DNA of 64,000 nucleotides from Syntrophorhabdaceae bacterium (GTDB lineage Bacteria; Desulfobacterota; Syntrophorhabdia; Syntrophorhabdales; Syntrophorhabdaceae): NCBI GenBank assembly GCA_963665295.1, contig OY762209.1, positions 4,992,001 to 5,056,000 of the forward strand, read 5' to 3'. Shown piece by piece: positions 59,586 to 64,000 of this stretch (position 1 is its first letter; each line of letters starts with the position of its first letter). The notes under the pieces were generated by a model. It saw only the letters and a program-made list of their open reading frames with translations, ran no database searches and was not told where the DNA came from. The position numbers and the translations under genes were made by a program.

Positions 59586-60768
59586 GTCGCGCCTCGGGGC
59601 CGTCTCCCTGTCTCCGCTGTCCGACCGTGCCTGACTCCTCGATGCAGGCTCCGGTCATGGCACGCCGTGTTGCCCGAACGGTCAACTCCCTGGCCTGACC
59701 CGGGTCGAGGGCGACAAAGGCGTCCCTTTGCAGGTTCTGTTCCGCGAGGGCACGGATCAACCCGTCTCTCGCGTCGTCAAACCTGTCCCACCCGAGTTGG
59801 AATACCTGATAATGGGCGGCTATACTCATTTCCGCCCCAAGGTCCATGTGTGCCCGGACTGCTTCAGCCGGTCCCATGTGCATACTGAACCGCGGCAGAC
59901 TGTCCGTCTGTCCGGGCGGCCTGAAAGGCGCGATGGGAAGGAGGGCTACCCTGACCGGCGCAAAACGTCGCGCGATCTCGCGGAAATGAGGACCATACCC
60001 CGTGTCCCCCGAATAAAAAAGATTCCCTCCGGGCCCTGAAACGACGAACCCTCCCCAGAGGGTCCTGTTCCTGTCCCACAGAGTGCGGGAAGAAAAGTGC
60101 ACCGCGGGAACCACGGTCACCGTGACGTCGGGAGACACGCGGACCGACTGCCACCAGTCGAGTTCGTCCACGCGGGCGATGCCCGTGCCCTCTACGAGGT
60201 CCAGGTTGCCCAATGTCACCACCGCACGGGGAACACCTTTTCTCGCGAGACGCCTCAACGTGGGAAGATCAAGGTGGTCGTAATGGTTGTGGGACAGAAG
60301 CACCACATCCACGGGAGGAAGGTCTTCGAAGGAGATACCCGGTTTCTTGTGCCGCTTGGGACCCGCCCACGAAACCGGGCTTGCCCGGTCCGACCATATA
60401 GGGTCCGTGAGGATGTTAAGCCCATTCATTTGGATAAGGAAAGTCGCATGGCCGACCGGAGTTACCCGAATTGTTCCCGAAGGCGCGCGAACCACAGGCG
60501 GTGGGCCCACCGGCACGTCAACCGTCTCCGGCCATTCAGGCATATCAGTACGGAAAACCCAGCGCCAGAGCCACCCCCGCCCACCCCGTCGAGGCTCCCC
60601 GACTGCTTCCACCCCGGGGTTAAAATACACTTTCCCGTCAAAGTGGCCCGAAACCTCCCCCGTCTTCCCCTGACCACCCCCTGCCCCGCACCCGGAAATC
60701 CCCACCAGGAGAATGACTGCCAGGATCAGTGCCGCAACAACCCGCAAGCCTCTTCTCTCACCCGTCAT
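59557..60768 (-). CDS. MBL-fold metallohydrolase lipoprotein (NAPE-PLD/RomA-like)
   Basis: Lipobox ISGC, LTDPIW, SHNHYDHLD, SGDTGY. Confidence 0.88.
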   Translation of the reverse strand: MTGERRGLRVVAALILAVILLVGISGCGAGGGQGKTGEVSGHFDGKVYFNPGVEAVGEPRRGGRGWLWRWVFRTDMPEWPETVDVPVGPPPVVRAPSGTIRVTPVGHATFLIQMNGLNILTDPIWSDRASPVSWAGPKRHKKPGISFEDLPPVDVVLLSHNHYDHLDLPTLRRLARKGVPRAVVTLGNLDLVEGTGIARVDELDWWQSVRVSPDVTVTVVPAVHFSSRTLWDRNRTLWGGFVVSGPGGNLFYSGDTGYGPHFREIARRFAPVRVALLPIAPFRPPGQTDSLPRFSMHMGPAEAVRAHMDLGAEMSIAAHYQVFQLGWDRFDDARDGLIRALAEQNLQRDAFVALDPGQARELTVRATRRAMTGACIEESGTVGQRRQGDGPEARLIQTGSLLP

Positions 60769-60899
60769 AACCCTATCATTTTACAGTGAATGAATGTAAA
60801 AAGCGAGACCCCCCAACCAGTCCGGAGTCACCAATAAGCGGAAGCCTGCCGGAGGATACGCAGGCAGTTCTTAAGGGATCTCACCCCAGGACACCGTCC

Positions 60900-61026
60900 G
60901 ATATGGGGCGGTATTCTTTTGCAGATAGAGGCGACAAGTGGGATGTCCCGCAGGCGTACGGGAAGTACGTCGAGGACACATCCCGCGCAGGCAACGAAGA
61001 ACTGCGGAAGAAGACCGCCCCATATC
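60900..61026. mobile_element. 127-bp MITE-like element
   Basis: 25-bp terminal inverted repeats (22/25), inner GGGATGT/ACATCCC and CGTAC/GTACG stems. Confidence 0.6.
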
Positions 61027-61303
61027 AGCCGAAGCGGTACTGGACGCCCTCTCCCGGGCCAGGATAGCTCCAGTCCAGGGCCCCTTCCACGCAGGCGATC
61101 CGGCAGGTGCCGCATTCGAGGCAGCCTGCGTATTCCACCACCATCTCATCCGTCTCCTCGTTGTAGGAGTAAAGGTGGGCGGGACAGACAAAGAGGCAGG
61201 GACGGAGCGTGCATCTGGTGCGGCAGATGGGATGGTTGATCTTTATGTGGCTCTCCTTGCCGGTCCTGAAGGCGTCGAGGGCCAGTTTTTCTTCGATCTT
61301 CAT
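61025..61303 (-). CDS. fixX: FixX-like ferredoxin
   Basis: CPAHLY, CLECGTCRIAC, WSYP..GVQYRFG. Confidence 0.9.
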   Translation of the reverse strand: MKIEEKLALDAFRTGKESHIKINHPICRTRCTLRPCLFVCPAHLYSYNEETDEMVVEYAGCLECGTCRIACVEGALDWSYPGPGEGVQYRFG

Positions 61304-62568
61304 ATGTCCTTTATCCTGTAGAAGTCTTTGAGCCTTTTCAGACTGAAGAGGCCTGAAGATTTAAGGGTCTTCCAGAGGGGGTCCTTAGGACCCTTGCCGA
61401 ACCACATGATCTTCTCCAGGAGCTCGGGGAAGGTCTTCGGGTAATAGGAGAAGAAGGCGTCGTTTTCCAGGAAGGAAGGTACCTTCCTGGAAGAATAGAG
61501 GTCCTTTACCACAAAGGTCTCTTTCAACCTTTTTTCATAGAAGGAGAGGGATTCGGCAGAATAGTCCTTCGACTCCTTCGCGCGGATGATGGTCTCCGCC
61601 GCGAGGATGCCCGAGGCTATGGCGAACTCCATGCCCCGGACCGTTACCCCCATATTGAGGGCAAAACCCGCTGCGTCCCCTGTAACGAGCATCCCGTGGG
61701 TTGCAAGTTTTGCCATGCCTGAGTAGCCTGCTTCGGGGATCACGTGGGCCGAGTATTCCGCAAGGGTCCCGTCCTTCACGAGGGGCCTTATCTCACTTCT
61801 CTCCTTGAAGGCGTCCATCAGGGTATGGACCTCTATCCTGCGCGAGAGGAGGGCCTCGATGCCCACTACGAGGCCGAGGCTTATGCTCTTTTTGTTGGTA
61901 TAGAGAAAACCGCCCCCGAACATGCCCTGAGTCACCTCTCCCAGGAAGAGATGGGCCGAACCCTCACCGGGTTCGACGTTGAACCGATCGTTGATCTTCT
62001 CCTCGGGAAGCTCTATCACCTCTTTGATGCCTACCGCGTAGTTCCTAGGGAGGGACTTCTGCTTGAGGCCCGCCTTCTCCGCCATGAAGGAGAGGACGCC
62101 GTCGGCGGCCACCGTCACGTGGGCGTATATCTCCTCCGAGCCTATCCTTACCCCGGTAATCTTGTTATCCTCGAAGAGGAGGTCGTCTACCCTGTACTTG
62201 GGGATGACGAACACCCCCTTCTCCATGAGCTTTTCAGAGAGCCATCTGTCGAGGGTGGCGCGGAGTACGGTGAAGCTGTGGTCTTCCCGGAAGCGTTCCG
62301 AAGTGAGGTCCACGGAGAGGGAGTTGGATTCGCCGAAGAGGCTCCACCTTTCACGGACCACCTTTCTCTCGAAGGGAGCCCCTTCGAGCATGTCCCCCAT
62401 GAGGTCCTTTGCAGGCATGAGGTAGAGCCTGCCCCCGGTCACGTTCTTGCTCCCGGGGAAATCGCCCCTTTCGAGGACGATGACCTGCATATCCTTTTCC
62501 GCAAGCTTATAGGCGAGGGAGAGGCCCGAGAGCCCTCCTCCCACGATTACCGCATCGATCTTATCCAT
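61300..62568 (-). CDS. fixC: FixC-like ETF:quinone oxidoreductase
   Basis: GGGLSG, GSKNVTGG, GGGFLYTN, SAHVIPE, GDAAG. Confidence 0.9.
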   Translation of the reverse strand: MDKIDAVIVGGGLSGLSLAYKLAEKDMQVIVLERGDFPGSKNVTGGRLYLMPAKDLMGDMLEGAPFERKVVRERWSLFGESNSLSVDLTSERFREDHSFTVLRATLDRWLSEKLMEKGVFVIPKYRVDDLLFEDNKITGVRIGSEEIYAHVTVAADGVLSFMAEKAGLKQKSLPRNYAVGIKEVIELPEEKINDRFNVEPGEGSAHLFLGEVTQGMFGGGFLYTNKKSISLGLVVGIEALLSRRIEVHTLMDAFKERSEIRPLVKDGTLAEYSAHVIPEAGYSGMAKLATHGMLVTGDAAGFALNMGVTVRGMEFAIASGILAAETIIRAKESKDYSAESLSFYEKRLKETFVVKDLYSSRKVPSFLENDAFFSYYPKTFPELLEKIMWFGKGPKDPLWKTLKSSGLFSLKRLKDFYRIKDI

Positions 62569-63517
62569 CTTCCTTCGCTTTTTTCAGTTCCTCTTTCAGG
62601 AGGGGGAGTACGGTAAAGAGATCGTCCACGATGCCGTAGTCGGCGGTTTCGAATATGGGGGCTGTGGGGTCCTTGTTTATGGCGATTATGGTCTTCGACG
62701 TGTCCATGCCCATAGTATGGTGGAGGGCGCCCGAGACACCGCAGCCTATGTAGATCTTGGGGGAGACGGTCCTGCCGCTCTTCCCGATCTGATCGTCGTA
62801 CTCCCGCCACTTGTTGTCCACCACCGCGCGGGAGGCGCCTACCCTGCCGTTCATGAAGGAGGCGATATCCTCGAGGAGGGTGAAGTGCTCGGGGCCCTTC
62901 ATGCCTCTGCCGCCGCAGATGATGAAATCGGCCTCCTGGAGGTCCACCTTTTTGGCGGTGTCTTTATGGGAGGCGGTAATGGTGAGGGACGAGTCCTTTT
63001 CCACGGAAAGGTCCTCTTCTATGACCTCACCGGAGGTATCCCGTTTTTCGATGGAGAAGGAGTTTGGCCGGAAGGTGACGAGGGGAACGCCTTTCACCCC
63101 TATCCACGATATGATCCTTCCCCCGAAGAGGGGCTTTTTCACCTTTATGTCTTCTCCTTCGTACGCGATGCCCACCGCATCGGCGATGATGGGGGCCTTG
63201 AGCCGGGCGGCGAGTCTCGGGAAGAGGTCTTTGCCCGTGGTGGTGGAAGGGCCGAATACCATGGCAGGGGCATATTTCGTGATGACCCGGTGAAGGACAT
63301 CCGTGTAGGTATCCCACCGGTAGTCCTTAAGATCGGGGTTATCGACGATAATAACCTTGTCCGCATAGGGCTTGAGTTCTTCCGCGATCTCCTTCATCCC
63401 GTGGCCCAGGGCGATGGCCACGGTCGATCCCATCTCATTTGCTTTTGTAAGGAGTTCGAGGGCGACCTTGCGCACGCCTCCGTCCTTCACTTCTACGAAC
63501 ACACCTATATCTTTCAT
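62561..63517 (-). CDS. fixB: Electron transfer flavoprotein alpha subunit
   Basis: GGRGM, GASRAVVD, QIGKSG, GVSGALHH, AINKD. Confidence 0.9.
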   Translation of the reverse strand: MKDIGVFVEVKDGGVRKVALELLTKANEMGSTVAIALGHGMKEIAEELKPYADKVIIVDNPDLKDYRWDTYTDVLHRVITKYAPAMVFGPSTTTGKDLFPRLAARLKAPIIADAVGIAYEGEDIKVKKPLFGGRIISWIGVKGVPLVTFRPNSFSIEKRDTSGEVIEEDLSVEKDSSLTITASHKDTAKKVDLQEADFIICGGRGMKGPEHFTLLEDIASFMNGRVGASRAVVDNKWREYDDQIGKSGRTVSPKIYIGCGVSGALHHTMGMDTSKTIIAINKDPTAPIFETADYGIVDDLFTVLPLLKEELKKAKEDG

Positions 63518-63527
63518 TGTCTCACCT

Positions 63528-64000
63528 TTAGAGTACCCGCGCTTCGTCTTTGAGAAGGCCTATGAGGGTCTTTACCTTCTCCTCCGTGGTCTCCCCTTCC
63601 ATGATCTTTACGGGTGGTCTTTTGGGAGGGTGATCGTAGGAGAGGACGTAGAGGGGGGAGTCGGTTTCTTCTATGCCCAGGGTCCTGGGGTCTATTGCGG
63701 GGATCTGGGCCTTCATGGCCTTCATGACACCTGTAATGAGGGGGACCCTCGGTTCATTGAGCCCTTTCTGGGTGGTAAGAAGGGCGGGGAGCGTAACCTC
63801 CATCGATTCCCTGCCGCCTTCGGCGTCGTGTTCCACGAGGGCCTTGCGGTCCACGATATCGAGCTTCGTCACCGCGCTCACGTGGGGGATGCCTAAAAGC
63901 TCGGCGCTCATGGGGCCTATGACCGCGTTTTCATCGTCGATAGCCTGCCTGCCGCAGAGTATGAGATCGAAACCCTCCTTCTTCGCAAAGGCGGCAAGTA
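63528..64000 (-). CDS. fixA: Electron transfer flavoprotein beta subunit (5' end outside the window)
   Basis: CGRQAIDD just upstream of the listed ORF, LGIPHV, NEPR. Confidence 0.88.
   Translation of the reverse strand, partial: LAAFAKKEGFDLILCGRQAIDDENAVIGPMSAELLGIPHVSAVTKLDIVDRKALVEHDAEGGRESMEVTLPALLTTQKGLNEPRVPLITGVMKAMKAQIPAIDPRTLGIEETDSPLYVLSYDHPPKRPPVKIMEGETTEEKVKTLIGLLKDEARVL

Overview
This 64 kb window is GC-rich, gene-dense chromosome from what looks like an anaerobic, aromatic-degrading bacterium. A Desulfobacterota/Syntrophorhabdus-like host is my inference from gene content (4-hydroxybenzoyl-CoA-reductase-like Mo enzyme, TRAP transporter, FixABCX, rubrerythrin-like protein). The main feature is a ~24 kb catabolic island (6.7-30.6 kb). 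Its leftward operon encodes a family III CoA transferase, MeaB, two acyl-CoA dehydrogenases, GntR, a split B12 acyl-CoA mutase, hydantoinase A/B, a PaaK-like ligase and an XDH-family Mo hydroxylase, which matches most of the enzyme set of anaerobic indole-3-acetate (iaa) degradation. Its rightward operon encodes an HcrBCA-like Mo enzyme whose catalytic Glu position holds Met, a decayed epimerase-like gene and a TRAP transporter. Face-to-face sigma70 promoters share one GTATAC operator, and a closely similar promoter/operator recurs 35 kb away in front of a dehydrogenase-aminotransferase pair. Other highlights are a probable selenocysteine-containing ArsM-like methyltransferase hidden by an in-frame TGA, a NAL1-like serine protease fused to a P1-nuclease/PLC-like domain, a MarR operator pair and several inverted-repeat (MITE/REP-like) elements. 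I saw no rRNA, tRNA, CRISPR array or transposase. All family assignments come from motif recognition by eye, with no database search.
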